From contig OY970301.1 in assembly GCA_963716315.1 (NCBI GenBank), forward strand, positions 3,197,327-3,261,326: a DNA stretch of 64,000 nucleotides, given 5' to 3'. The notes beneath the pieces are model-generated. The model ran no database searches and was not told the DNA's origin. It saw only the letters and a program-made list of their open reading frames with translations. Positions 19,973-30,083 of this stretch are shown piece by piece. The position numbers were made by a program, and so were the translations under genes. Source of the DNA: an uncultured Solirubrobacteraceae bacterium. GTDB taxonomy: Bacteria > Actinomycetota > Thermoleophilia > Solirubrobacterales > Solirubrobacteraceae. How positions within the stretch are numbered: position 1 is the first letter of the stretch; every line of letters starts with the position of its first letter.

Positions 19973-21520
19973 GTGAGAACGAGTCAGAAAAGTCGAGTCG
20001 TTAATCAATCACGACTGGAGGGCGATCGTCGTGTTGTCGGGGCATCGTCGGTGGCGGAGATGGTCATCGCCTGGGCACAGCGCGCTCCGGACGCTCCCGC
20101 TATCCGCCACGGCGAGGCACTGATCAGCTTCCGTGATCTCTGCGCGCGGGCGCTGCGCGTTGCCGCGCAGCTCGAGCAGCTCGGGCTCGGGCCCGGTGAT
20201 TGCGTCGCGTTGTGGGCCCAACGTACGCCAGCGATGGTCGGCGCGGCGTTGGGGACCTGGTTGGCGGGTGGCGCATACGTTCCGATCGACCCTACCTACC
20301 CACAAGACCGTGTGCTCACGATCCTGCGCCTCGCGCAGCCGGGAGCACTGGCCTACGACGGCAAGGCCGGCGGGCCCACTCCGCCGGACACGAGCGCGTT
20401 GCTGGACGTGTCGCACGAACACGCGACGGGCGCGCCACGGCGCCACGTCCCGGGCGCAGCGGATGTGGCCTACGTCATGTTCACCTCTGGCTCGACCGGG
20501 ATGCCACGCGGCGTTGTGGTCGAGCATCAGTCGCTGGCCAACTACGTTGCATGGTGCGGGGCGATCGTGGCCGGCAGCGGCAGCGGAGCGCCGCTGTTCG
20601 GCAGCATGGGATTCGATCACACGGTGACGTCTTGGTGGGTTCCGCTTGCGCATGGCAAGCCGGTCGAGCTGGTCGCCGGCACATGGGATCAGGCAGCGCT
20701 GTTCGCACCACGCTCAAAGCGCTGGTCGTTTATGAAGGTGACGCCGTCGCACGCGCGTCTGTTCGAGCGGCTTTCGCAGGGCAACTACGGGGCGGTCACC
20801 GAGCGTCTGCTGTTTGGCGGGGAGATGCTGCGAGAGAACCTCCTCGAGCAGCTGCGCGAGCGCCTTGCAAATGTGAGGCTGGTCAACCACTACGGACCGA
20901 CCGAGGCGACGGTCGGCTGCTGCTGGAAGGAGTTTGGACTCCACGACCTGCACGGTCGAGTCAGCGTGCCGATCGGCCGCCCGGTATGGAACACCCGAGC
21001 GTACGTCCTCGACAAGGAGCTGCGAGCGGTTGCCGTCGGCGAGTCCGGACAGCTCGTGGTCGCTGGCGCCGCGGTCGCGCGCGGTTACCTCGATGGAGAT
21101 GGCGGGCGCTTCCTCGAGGAGTCGGAACTTGAGGGCGGCGAGCCGGGCAACCGCGCGTACCGCACCGGCGACCTGGTCGAGTTGCTACCGGACGGGGATC
21201 TCGTGTTCCTCGGACGCCTGGACGATCAGCTGAACGTCGGCGGCTATCGGATCGAGCGCGAGGAGCTGCGTCGTCACGCGCTGGCGGTGCCGGGCATCGC
21301 CGAGGCGACATTCCATGTAGTCGAGGGGGACGTCGACGCGGTGCATGCGACCGTCGTTGCCGAGCCGGACACCGACGCGGACAAGGTGACACGTGCGCTG
21401 AGGCGCGCGCTGCGCGAGGCGCTTCCATCCGCGGTCGTCCCGAAGACCGTCGCGGTTGTGGACCATCTCGCGCTCAACACCCACGGCAAGCTCGACCTCA
21501 GCGGGGCGTCTAATGCTTGA
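19973..21520 (+). CDS. Stand-alone amino-acid adenylation domain, Asp-like specificity code
   Basis: YVPIDP, YVMFTSGSTG, GGE, NHYGPTE, YRTGD, GKLD. Confidence 0.92.
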   Translation: MRTSQKSRVVNQSRLEGDRRVVGASSVAEMVIAWAQRAPDAPAIRHGEALISFRDLCARALRVAAQLEQLGLGPGDCVALWAQRTPAMVGAALGTWLAGGAYVPIDPTYPQDRVLTILRLAQPGALAYDGKAGGPTPPDTSALLDVSHEHATGAPRRHVPGAADVAYVMFTSGSTGMPRGVVVEHQSLANYVAWCGAIVAGSGSGAPLFGSMGFDHTVTSWWVPLAHGKPVELVAGTWDQAALFAPRSKRWSFMKVTPSHARLFERLSQGNYGAVTERLLFGGEMLRENLLEQLRERLANVRLVNHYGPTEATVGCCWKEFGLHDLHGRVSVPIGRPVWNTRAYVLDKELRAVAVGESGQLVVAGAAVARGYLDGDGGRFLEESELEGGEPGNRAYRTGDLVELLPDGDLVFLGRLDDQLNVGGYRIEREELRRHALAVPGIAEATFHVVEGDVDAVHATVVAEPDTDADKVTRALRRALREALPSAVVPKTVAVVDHLALNTHGKLDLSGASNA

Positions 21521-22643
21521 ACGCGACGTGCTTGTGGTCGGCGGGGGTCTCGCCGGCCTCAGCGCCGCTGTGATGCTCCAGGAGCGGGGCTTCAACGTCG
21601 AGCTGATCGAGCGCGCCGAGTCACTGCAGACCGACGGCGCAGGGATCACGCTGCACCCGAACGCGCGCTCGGCGCTCGGCAGGCTTGACCTCGAGCTGGC
21701 CCCGCACGGGGCCGAGATTCGCCGGCAAGTGGTGGAGGACCATGCTGGGGTGCGCTCGCAGCTCTCGTGGGACGCGGTCTGGGAGGGCGGGCGCATGCCA
21801 CTCGGAATCGCGCGCGGTGTGCTGGCCAAGCGGCTCTTCCGGGAGCTGGCTCCCGGCACGGTTGCCTTCTCGACCCGTCCGCTCGCCCTCACCCAAAGCG
21901 ACGACGCCGTCCATGTGAGGCTGTCCGACGGCAGGGCGATGCGCTGCAGGCTCGTGCTCGGCGCCGACGGGATCCACTCGTGGGTGCGTCGCCAAGTCGT
22001 CGATCCGTGCGCGCAGCCGCGCTACCTCGGACAGGTCTATTGGCGCACGATCGCTCCGGCGTCGGGGCCGTTGGCGTTTGCTGACTGGCATGTCTGGCGC
22101 AACGGGTCTCACTACGCCGGCGGCCTGCCCGTCGGCGGCGGGTACGCCCACTTCTTCCTGCAGATGGCGAGCGCCGAGGCGCTAGCGCCAGGCGCAGCGG
22201 GATCGCGTGAGCTGTTCGAGCGTACGGCAGCGGGTTTCCCGCCACGGATCCGCCAGATCGTCGAGCACCTGGGCAGCGAGCCGCTGCACTTCACCGCCGC
22301 GTCAACGGTGAGCGGTGAGCGATGGGCCGTTGGGCGTGTCGGCTTGGCCGGTGACTCAGTTCACGCACTTTCGCCCGCCTCGACGCAAGGCGGGGCGATG
22401 GCGATCGAGGATGCCAGGGTCCTCAGCGAGGAGCTCTGTGCCGGCGGGCTCACGCCAGAAGCCCTGGGTGCGTATGCGCTAAGACGCCAACCCCGCGTCG
22501 CCTACGTCCAACGCTTGACTCGGATGCACCTGATGCTGCTGGAGTCCGAGATGCCGAAGGGCGCACGCCGTGGGAGGCATGAGTCGGACGGGCCGGTGGC
22601 CTGGTATCGCAAGCTCTACGGGCCTCTGGCGGCGGCGGCGTGA
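21513..22643 (+). CDS. FAD-dependent monooxygenase
   Basis: VVGGGLAGL, GADGIHSWVR, GDSVHALSP..QG..MAIEDA. Confidence 0.9.
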   Translation: MLERDVLVVGGGLAGLSAAVMLQERGFNVELIERAESLQTDGAGITLHPNARSALGRLDLELAPHGAEIRRQVVEDHAGVRSQLSWDAVWEGGRMPLGIARGVLAKRLFRELAPGTVAFSTRPLALTQSDDAVHVRLSDGRAMRCRLVLGADGIHSWVRRQVVDPCAQPRYLGQVYWRTIAPASGPLAFADWHVWRNGSHYAGGLPVGGGYAHFFLQMASAEALAPGAAGSRELFERTAAGFPPRIRQIVEHLGSEPLHFTAASTVSGERWAVGRVGLAGDSVHALSPASTQGGAMAIEDARVLSEELCAGGLTPEALGAYALRRQPRVAYVQRLTRMHLMLLESEMPKGARRGRHESDGPVAWYRKLYGPLAAAA

Positions 22644-22918
22644 CCGGTGAAGATCGCATGAGCAGTGCCGAGTTCTTTCAGAAGTTCAAGCAGTTTCTGG
22701 CAGAGCTCGACCCCGATCTCCAACTCGATGCGCTGACGCCTGATACCCACCTCTGGGAAGCGGGGTATCTCGACTCGTTCGCGATGCTGAACGTGGTGGT
22801 GTTCATCGAGGATGAGATCGGGCGCGAGGTGGTGCTGAACACCGATGCGCTGCCGTCCTTCTTCACGGTCGAGCGGATGTACCGCGCCTACATAGCGCCG
22901 CCCGAGGCAAAGCGATGA
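22640..22918 (+). CDS. Carrier protein (ACP/PCP)
   Basis: GYLDSFAML phosphopantetheine motif. Confidence 0.88.
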   Translation: MTGEDRMSSAEFFQKFKQFLAELDPDLQLDALTPDTHLWEAGYLDSFAMLNVVVFIEDEIGREVVLNTDALPSFFTVERMYRAYIAPPEAKR

Positions 22919-23283
22919 GACGGCGCAGCCGAGGGGCGATCGTGCGACATGGATGTCACGGTCGTGATCGTCGTCGCCGGCTTTCCGGCATTAAGGTGTG
23001 ATGATGATCGGGTCGCACTCGCCGTGCCCCGTGTCACGGTGGCCCGGCACGAGTTGCGCGCGCGATCCAGCGCTGAGGACGGTGCCGGTGGGAACCAAGA
23101 CCACTGAGCCGGCGCTGCCCGCGACGCGGCTGTCGCGTCGGAGGAACCCAATCTCGCGATTCCCGAGAACCTGCGGCGAATGGCCGCCGTGGTGAGTGGC
23201 TTCGCCGGTCAGTCGAGGACTCTCCCGAGCCGCTCGCCGACTCGCAGTTAGGTCTTTCAAGACGCGGGAGTTACGCTCGGCCG

Positions 23284-24297
23284 ATGAGATCTGACACAAA
23301 CGAGACTGCCACACCGAGGATGTTCCTAAAGGCTCTGTGCTACGAGCTTGGTGAGAACGAGCACGACCTCGATGAGCTGACACAGATCGACGCGGAGGTC
23401 AGGCAGACGCTCCGCAACGGAGGACTCAGCACCTATCGCACGACCGAGCGCTCCGTCATCGAGCTGGCGAGCGGGTCGGTGCGGCGTACGGTCGAATCGC
23501 TCAGTCAGGAGGAGCGCGGCACGATTCGACGGCTGATTTTCGCTAGCAGCAGCGCATGGGACGAGTCGCTTCACACAACTGCCGCGCTTAGCGGCCTGCT
23601 GCAAGATCTCGCCATCCCCGACGTAGTGCCGATGTGGGCGTCGCTGTTCTGGTGCGCGAACTTCCATGTCGCGCTGGAGCTGGCACGGCTGTTTATCCAG
23701 GATGGTGATGAGAGCGTGCTCGTGATCTGTGCCGACCTGTGCCCGCCGGCCAGGGGCGACCGTCTGGTCGCCCCGCAGATCTCGGTCAACAGTGACGCCG
23801 CGGCGAGCTTCGTCATCTCCACCTCCGATGGGCCGTTCCGGGTCGGGCGGACCTCCATTCGCCTCGACGCGGCGCTGGGTTCGTTGGATCGCAACGAGCA
23901 ACTGATCGACTACACGGAGGGAGTGCGGCGCGGCGTGATAGGCACGGTGAGCGACGTGATGGGTACGAGTCTGGTCCCTGATCAGATCGCGCGAGTCGTG
24001 CCCAACAACTACAACCGCTGGACATGCCGGGCCATCTGCAAGCTGGCGGGGTTCGATGAGTCCAAGCTCTACCTCGACAACGTGCCCCGCTTCGGGCACG
24101 CGCTGTGTGCGGATAACCCGATCAACCTGCGCGATATGACCGACAGCGACGGAATCGGCGAGGGTGATCGAATTCTTCTGCTCGGTACCGGACCGTACCA
24201 GTGGGCGGCCTCCGTGCTGGAAGCGACGCGCACGATCGCTACGGTGGCGTCCTTCGCGGAGGGCGCTGGCACAATGAGTTACCCCGTGCTCTCCTGA
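23284..24297 (+). CDS. KAS III (FabH)-like condensing/acyl-transfer enzyme
   Basis: FWCANF catalytic Cys, SDAAAS, FGHALCAD, LLLGTG. Confidence 0.8.
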   Translation: MRSDTNETATPRMFLKALCYELGENEHDLDELTQIDAEVRQTLRNGGLSTYRTTERSVIELASGSVRRTVESLSQEERGTIRRLIFASSSAWDESLHTTAALSGLLQDLAIPDVVPMWASLFWCANFHVALELARLFIQDGDESVLVICADLCPPARGDRLVAPQISVNSDAAASFVISTSDGPFRVGRTSIRLDAALGSLDRNEQLIDYTEGVRRGVIGTVSDVMGTSLVPDQIARVVPNNYNRWTCRAICKLAGFDESKLYLDNVPRFGHALCADNPINLRDMTDSDGIGEGDRILLLGTGPYQWAASVLEATRTIATVASFAEGAGTMSYPVLS

Positions 24298-24320
24298 TCG
24301 TCTCCTAGGACAGAGCAACC

Positions 24321-25295
24321 ATGGGACATGCAGGGATCGAATGCCATGAATTGCGTAAGGCATATGGCGAGGTTCAGGCGCTGGACGGTGTCTCATTTGA
24401 GATAGAGGCTGGCGAGATACTCGCGCTACTGGGTGCCAACGGATCCGGCAAGACGACCACGGTTCGGACCCTTGCGACGCTGTCCACGCTCGACTCTGGC
24501 TCGGCGCGCGTCGCGGGCAGAGACGTTGCCCGCGAGGCGCGGCACGTCCGCGAGGTGATCGGGTTGACTTCGCAGGAGACCGTGCTCGATGGGTTCCTCA
24601 CCGGCCGCGAGTCGCTGGAACTCGTGGCACGCATGCGCCACATACCCCGTGCGTCTCGGAAGCACGAAGCGGCAGTGCTTCTAACAGAGTTCGAGCTCCA
24701 GGATCGGGCTGGCAGCAGGGTTAGCGGCTACTCGGGTGGCATGCGTCGCCGCCTCGACATCGCGAGCAGCCTCGTCGGTGGCCCGGAGGTGCTGTTCCTC
24801 GATGAGCCCTCCACTGGCCTTGACCCGCACAGTCGCAGTCGCATGTGGGATGCGATCCGCCGACGCGCTGCCGAAGGCACGACAGTGCTGCTCACCACGC
24901 AGTACATGGAGGAGGCCGACGCGCTCGCCGACTCAATCGTCGTCTTGGCTCGAGGGCGGGTAATCGAGCGTGGCACGCCCGATGCACTCAAGGACAACAT
25001 CGGCGGCCGTGCTGTCGAGTTGACACTCGCGGATCCATCCCAGCGCGACAGCGCCACGGCGGTTCTCGCCAAATCAGACGTCCCTTCGCTTCCCGGCGGC
25101 TCAGATGAGGTCATCGGGTTCGTTCTGCTCAAGTCGAGTCCCCCGCTGTTGACGATCCTGCAGCGCTTGGACACGGACGGTGTCGAGGTGAGCGATGTGA
25201 TCGTGCGGCGCCCGACGCTCGACGAGGCCTTTCTACAACTCACGCGCAAGGTCGACGTGCACCACGAGCGCGGACTGGCGAAGGGAACAAGATGA
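24321..25295 (+). CDS. ABC exporter ATP-binding subunit (DrrA-like)
   Basis: GANGSGKT, YSGGMRRRLD, FLDEP, TTQYMEEAD. Confidence 0.93.
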   Translation: MGHAGIECHELRKAYGEVQALDGVSFEIEAGEILALLGANGSGKTTTVRTLATLSTLDSGSARVAGRDVAREARHVREVIGLTSQETVLDGFLTGRESLELVARMRHIPRASRKHEAAVLLTEFELQDRAGSRVSGYSGGMRRRLDIASSLVGGPEVLFLDEPSTGLDPHSRSRMWDAIRRRAAEGTTVLLTTQYMEEADALADSIVVLARGRVIERGTPDALKDNIGGRAVELTLADPSQRDSATAVLAKSDVPSLPGGSDEVIGFVLLKSSPPLLTILQRLDTDGVEVSDVIVRRPTLDEAFLQLTRKVDVHHERGLAKGTR

Positions 25296-26074
25296 TGTCC
25301 ATCTACTTGCGTCGGGGCATTGGCGATACGGCGTCCTTGGTGCTCCGCAACCTGGTTCGCTATCAGCGACGGCCGGATGCGGTCCTGCTGGTGCTAGTCC
25401 AGCCGCTGATACTGGTGCTGCTGTTCCGCTACACGATCGGCGGGGCGATCCGAATCCCTGGCACGAGCTATGTCAACTACCTGATGCCGGCGGCGTTTGC
25501 GGTTGCGATCGTGAACGCATCAGCGACACTCGGCATCGGCGTCGCCGAAGATCTGACCTCAGGCATGGTCGATCGATTGCGCGCTCTGCCGATTGCGCGC
25601 TCGAGCTTTCTGTTGGGGCGAGTGATGACGGACGTCGTCAGGAACCTGATCCTGATCCCGCTCGTCGGAGCACTCGGAATCGCCGTTGGGTTTCATTTTC
25701 ATGGAACACTCCCGAACCTCGCGCTGGCCGGAGTGCTGCTGCTCGGCCTCGGTTTCACGTTCGCGTGGATCTCGATACTGATCGCGCTGTGGAGCGGATC
25801 CGTCGAAGCCACACTTGGGCTGTCTATCCTTCTGTTCGTTCTGGCGGGCTTCGTTTCCTCCGGCTTCGCGCCAGTTGCGACGATGCCGTCGTCGCTACGC
25901 GGGATTGCCGGCGCGAGCCCGGTGTCACACGTCGACAACGCGCTACGCATCCTCACATCGAATGCCAGCGGCGCAGTTACGCATGAAGTGCTGATAGCGC
26001 TCATCTGGATGGTCGCGATCCTGGCCATCACAGTGCCACTTGCCGTTTGGCGATACTCCTACTACACACAATAG
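25292..26074 (+). CDS. ABC-2 exporter permease (DrrB-like)
   Basis: About six hydrophobic segments, DRLRALPI motif, coupled to the ATPase gene. Confidence 0.9.
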   Translation: MMSIYLRRGIGDTASLVLRNLVRYQRRPDAVLLVLVQPLILVLLFRYTIGGAIRIPGTSYVNYLMPAAFAVAIVNASATLGIGVAEDLTSGMVDRLRALPIARSSFLLGRVMTDVVRNLILIPLVGALGIAVGFHFHGTLPNLALAGVLLLGLGFTFAWISILIALWSGSVEATLGLSILLFVLAGFVSSGFAPVATMPSSLRGIAGASPVSHVDNALRILTSNASGAVTHEVLIALIWMVAILAITVPLAVWRYSYYTQ

Positions 26075-26184
26075 GTTGGGACGCGCAGACCTCACCCGTA
26101 GTGTGACTCTGTGTCTGGGATAACGCTCGACTGTGCGCTCCAACCGACGGGCCTCGCAAATGCCTACTTAGAGCGCGTAACAGA

Positions 26185-26409
26185 ATGAGTGTTGTAGGTG
26201 TTTGTGGCAGCGAGCGAGGAGCGTTGCTGCTCACGGTGGACGACGTGCATAGGAGCGATGAGGCTTCTGGGTGGCTGTCATGCGCGGCACCTCGCTTGGA
26301 GGGCTTGCCGGTGCGCGTCGTGTTGAGCTCGCGACCGTCAGAGACGAGTACGGAGGCAACGGACTCGATCGCGGAACCGACTCGGCTCGGGTCTTCGGAG
26401 TCGAGCTAG
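26185..26409 (+). pseudogene. Fragment of a LuxR-family large ATP-binding (LAL) regulator
   Basis: LLLTVDDVHRSDEAS..WL...PRLEGLPVRVVLSSRP matches the Walker B region; no Walker A or HTH. Confidence 0.6.
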
Positions 26410-26447
26410 GGGCGGCGGGCCTCGGCGACGGGCCGTGCTGACCGCTG

Positions 26448-27614
26448 TTAGTGCGGCAGGGGAGCGCCTGCCACTGACGCGAACAGGCCCACGGCGCCGG
26501 CAACGAGCAGTGTTTGTACGACCCCGCGCCGCAGAAGCAGCAGCGATACCGCGGCGGCGGCCAGCACGGCGTACTGCCATCCCTCCTGTAGAGCACTCGT
26601 CAGCGGGATCGCGGCACCGAGAATCGCGCCTATCCTGGCGGGTCCGGCGCCGTCGAGGAACGCGAGTGCGGCGGCATTCTGGCGTAGTCGCTCAAAGCGC
26701 TGGCCGCCGAGCAGAATGAACGAGAACGACGGCGTGAAGGCTACGACGGCGGCGAGCACGCCGCCAGCGATGCCGTGCGCAGCATAGCCAACGGCGGCGA
26801 CGGTAGTGACGATGGGGCCCGGAGTGACCTGCCCCAACACCACGGCGTTCAGGAACTGGCCGCCCGTCATCCAGTGGTAGACGTGTACCGCGTCAGCCTG
26901 CATCAGCGGCACGGTTACGAACCCGCCGCCGTAGGAGAGCGCGCCCACCTTGAACGCGGTCCACACAAGCGCGCCGGATCCGCCGACGCCGCCCGCGACC
27001 GCGGCGAGCATTAGCGGATTGAATGACAGCGCAGCTACCGTGCGCCGCCGCCAAGCCAGCTCGAACGCTCCGCACGCCAGCAGGACCAGGACGAGGTAGC
27101 TGCCGATCGTTGCCGCTGCCACCGCAGCCGCGAGCAAATACGCCAACCAGCGCAGCCCGCGCCCGCGCGCAGCCCGCACCCGCTCGAAGCTCGGCGCAAG
27201 CAGACGCAGCGCGGCGTGAACGGCGACGGCCGCGACCGCCGCGCCCGCACCCGCTCCAACGCCGATCACCCATTTTGGCGGCGCGCTGGCGAGGAACAGG
27301 ACCGACAGCGCCAGCACCATCGCGACGGCGGGCACCGCGAACCCGAGGCCGCCGACGATCGCGCCCCATGGCCCGGCAACGCGATAGGCGCAGAAGATCG
27401 CAAGCTGCGTTGACGCGGGACCGGGCAACAGGCCGCACGCGGCATTGGCGTGCTCGAACGAACGGGCGTCCATCCATTCGTAGCGGTCGATGACCAGCCG
27501 ACGCAACATCGCAATGTGCGCGGCCGGCCCACCAAACCCCGTCACGCCAATCCGTGTCCACTCCTTTGCGACGACCCTCAGCGGGACTGGACCCGCCGGG
27601 TGCTTGCTGCTCAT
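26448..27614 (-). CDS. chrA: Chromate efflux transporter
   Basis: GFGGPAAHIAML, PGPASTQL, SYGGG, TPGP duplicated-half signatures. Confidence 0.9.
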   Translation of the reverse strand: MSSKHPAGPVPLRVVAKEWTRIGVTGFGGPAAHIAMLRRLVIDRYEWMDARSFEHANAACGLLPGPASTQLAIFCAYRVAGPWGAIVGGLGFAVPAVAMVLALSVLFLASAPPKWVIGVGAGAGAAVAAVAVHAALRLLAPSFERVRAARGRGLRWLAYLLAAAVAAATIGSYLVLVLLACGAFELAWRRRTVAALSFNPLMLAAVAGGVGGSGALVWTAFKVGALSYGGGFVTVPLMQADAVHVYHWMTGGQFLNAVVLGQVTPGPIVTTVAAVGYAAHGIAGGVLAAVVAFTPSFSFILLGGQRFERLRQNAAALAFLDGAGPARIGAILGAAIPLTSALQEGWQYAVLAAAAVSLLLLRRGVVQTLLVAGAVGLFASVAGAPLPH

Positions 27615-27955
27615 GACGCGGGGCGTCTGTGTGTTCTAGTTCGCCGGGCGAGGTCGTCGTCCGGGGTGACCGAGCGACCTCGTTGCGCCAACAGTCGCGG
27701 GCCGCAGCCCGCTTCGCCCAGAGTAGACGTCGCGTAGACGATGCCGGCCGGGAAGTGCAAGCTGACGCTGACTAGGGGAGAGGGAGGTCCGCTCTCGTCT
27801 GCCGTCAGCGTGAAGCCGAACGCAAGAGTTGCACTCGTGCCCGGCCGGTTCGGCTCAAAGCCGCGCTTAAGCTTCGCGGCCTGTAAGCCAGACGCGGCGC
27901 TTGAGAAGCAGGCGAATGTCAACAATCCAAGGACGACAGCGCGGAGAGTTCGCAT
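27611..27955 (-). pseudogene. Truncated secreted protein, paralog of 12247-13065
   Basis: Signal peptide, FEPNRPGTSATL...HFPAG..TSTLG..C aligns with FTPNHLGAGTTI...KFPEH..STTLG..C, then breaks off. Confidence 0.6.
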
Positions 27956-28497
27956 GGCAATCAGGCAATTGCCGCGTCACACGTGGACTTTGCCAGAGGT
28001 TTTTCCGACAGGACCTCGGGAGGAGCGAATGACCTCAATGCAAGGCATCCTACCTGGAGTCCGAGAGAGTCGGTCAAATAGCGATGTTGGAATCATCGTC
28101 GGTGCCGGGAGGCGCTCAGCAGTTCGGGACGAAAGCGCAGCACGTAGCCGGCCGGTAGCCGCAGCCGATGGATCTAGTGGGCGCTCGACGGCCGTTCTAG
28201 ACGCAGGGCCGGGCAGCCCGTCGAGCCAATCGACGCCGCCATCCGCCGTCCAATACTCGTGCGACTCGGTGAACTAGTCGGCACCTAGACGTGCATTCTC
28301 AGCGGCCGCCGCGCTGAGCGCCCCGTACGTGCAGGTGGCGGTGCGCTTGTGTTCCGGTTGATGACGCAATATCATTGCTTGTGTCTCCATCCCTCCAGAA
28401 GCAAACGCCGCGTCCGGGCTTCCTTTCTCCCCCTGACGCGGTAGTCGATTTGCCCTGTCGCCTGATCAGCGGCAGGGCGTTCGACGTTGCGGCTCTC

Positions 28498-28989
28498 TCA
28501 GCACGTTCCCGGTGGCGGCCACGAGACCCCACCAACCACAAGTCGGGTGATCGACGACGAGATCCCGTTGAGAGCGTCGACTTCCCGGTCGTAATTCGCC
28601 CGGGACACGAGTTTGAGTATCACGGCGGGATGCCGTGACGCGCCGTAAGGCGGAGGCTCTAGAACCAGTCGCCGGCCCGTAACTCGCGCCGCGAAGTCCA
28701 AACGAAGCTCCCCCGGCGCCAAGTTCGCGGAAAGTAGAAGATGAGGTCCCTGCACGATCCCATACACCGGGTAGACCCCGCGGCGGTCACTCCCTCCCCC
28801 CGACGGTTCGAGGATCTGCATACAGCCCGACACTCGCGGACCGCGTTCCGTTAGGCGGAGCAGGGTGACGTTGCTCCCGGAGCGTCCTACGTAAGCTCGC
28901 TGCCGGTCGATCCCGCCGCCACAGCCACTCAGGAACACAGTCGCCGCCGCCAGAACAACCGCGCAGCGCATAGCGTCCGTTCGTCTCAT
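28498..28989 (-). CDS. Putative lipoprotein
   Basis: Lipobox FLSGC after a hydrophobic stretch; ATG 28989 overlaps the upstream stop (ATGA). Confidence 0.6.
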   Translation of the reverse strand: MRRTDAMRCAVVLAAATVFLSGCGGGIDRQRAYVGRSGSNVTLLRLTERGPRVSGCMQILEPSGGGSDRRGVYPVYGIVQGPHLLLSANLAPGELRLDFAARVTGRRLVLEPPPYGASRHPAVILKLVSRANYDREVDALNGISSSITRLVVGGVSWPPPGTC

Positions 28990-30083
28990 CCGCCGCTGTT
29001 CAGAGTGACGGCCAGCTGGCCAAGCGCGCCCCTCCAGCCGAGTTGAGGGTCCTGGCCACACTGCCGCGGGGCCGCAACGAATCTGCGCCAGGCATGCTGC
29101 AGGGCAGTGGCTTCTTCCAGCGAAGCGGTGCGGACGTAGGTCGCCGGCCCCCGGCACGGGACAGGCGTCAGCACGCCCAGGTCCCTGGAGATTCGCCAGG
29201 CACGCAAGAGATACACGGCCGGCGCAGGGGACCCATGGCTTTCTTCCACGCACGAGTTCGCTCTACGCTGTGCCTCACACTGAGTACGCTGCGAGCCGCC
29301 TTCAGTTCGCTGAGCCACTACATAGCCTGCCAGCAGAAACTCCCCGCCCGCGTACTCTTCAAGCACGAAACCGCCGGCGCCGCCCTCCCGGAATGGTCCG
29401 GTGAAGCCAGTCGCGTCTGTGAATTGCGCGGCAGGAAGCTTGTTCATGTGAGCTACAAGCTCGCGATCTTCAGAGGTCGCCTGGGGCGGCGCGACAAGCC
29501 TCAACGGTTCGGGCAGTGGTGCTGTGATCCTGTAGCCAGTAGTCAGTTCGTGACTGAGAATTATCGGGTAGCGGGCGTAATCATCCGCGCCGCTGAGAAC
29601 GAAAAGGACATTCGGGTCCCCGTGGGAAAGGATGTCCGCCGTACCTTCGTACTTGATGTCATACCGTTGGTCGGGCATGCTCAGATCACCAACACCCAGT
29701 AGGTGAGATTCAAGATCAGCGCTTGACGGGCCTCGAGCGCCTACGAACGGTGGAGAACTGTGGTATGCGGTGTATAGATCGCGCCGGAAGCTGCATGACG
29801 GAGTACCCCTCGAAACCCGGTCGAGCGTGGCGGGAACCGGCTCAAAACAGAACGCTGCGTGCAACTGTCCACCCTGATGATCGAAGACAACGAGCTTGTC
29901 CGACAGAACCTTGTAACGGTCCCGGAATACAAGGATCTGCGCTGGGTCGGCCCCGGTGAAATTCACATGTACATCGGCCACGACTTGGAGTCCCGCACGT
30001 TCCTGCGCAGCAACGTAATGGTCGAGGCGTTCGGTATCGGACTCTCCTTTCAGGATGAGCGCAAGTAGCAGCCCTACGAGCAA
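28986..30083 (-). CDS. Membrane-anchored hypothetical protein
   Basis: 365-aa ORF with N-terminal hydrophobic segment; start uncertain. Confidence 0.6.
   Translation of the reverse strand: MLVGLLLALILKGESDTERLDHYVAAQERAGLQVVADVHVNFTGADPAQILVFRDRYKVLSDKLVVFDHQGGQLHAAFCFEPVPATLDRVSRGTPSCSFRRDLYTAYHSSPPFVGARGPSSADLESHLLGVGDLSMPDQRYDIKYEGTADILSHGDPNVLFVLSGADDYARYPIILSHELTTGYRITAPLPEPLRLVAPPQATSEDRELVAHMNKLPAAQFTDATGFTGPFREGGAGGFVLEEYAGGEFLLAGYVVAQRTEGGSQRTQCEAQRRANSCVEESHGSPAPAVYLLRAWRISRDLGVLTPVPCRGPATYVRTASLEEATALQHAWRRFVAAPRQCGQDPQLGWRGALGQLAVTLNSGG

Noticed and set aside
10063-21520. Isonitrile lipopeptide cluster (ScoA-E / Rv0097-0101 type)
   Set aside because: FAAL, ACP and TauD are present, but there is no FcoT-type thioesterase or reductase-terminated NRPS, and the dioxygenase looks clavaminate-synthase-like
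22915-23283. Possible oxidoreductase relic (DVTVVIVVAGFPAL) between the carrier and KAS III genes
   Set aside because: Only a weak resemblance to a Rossmann motif; not enough to call
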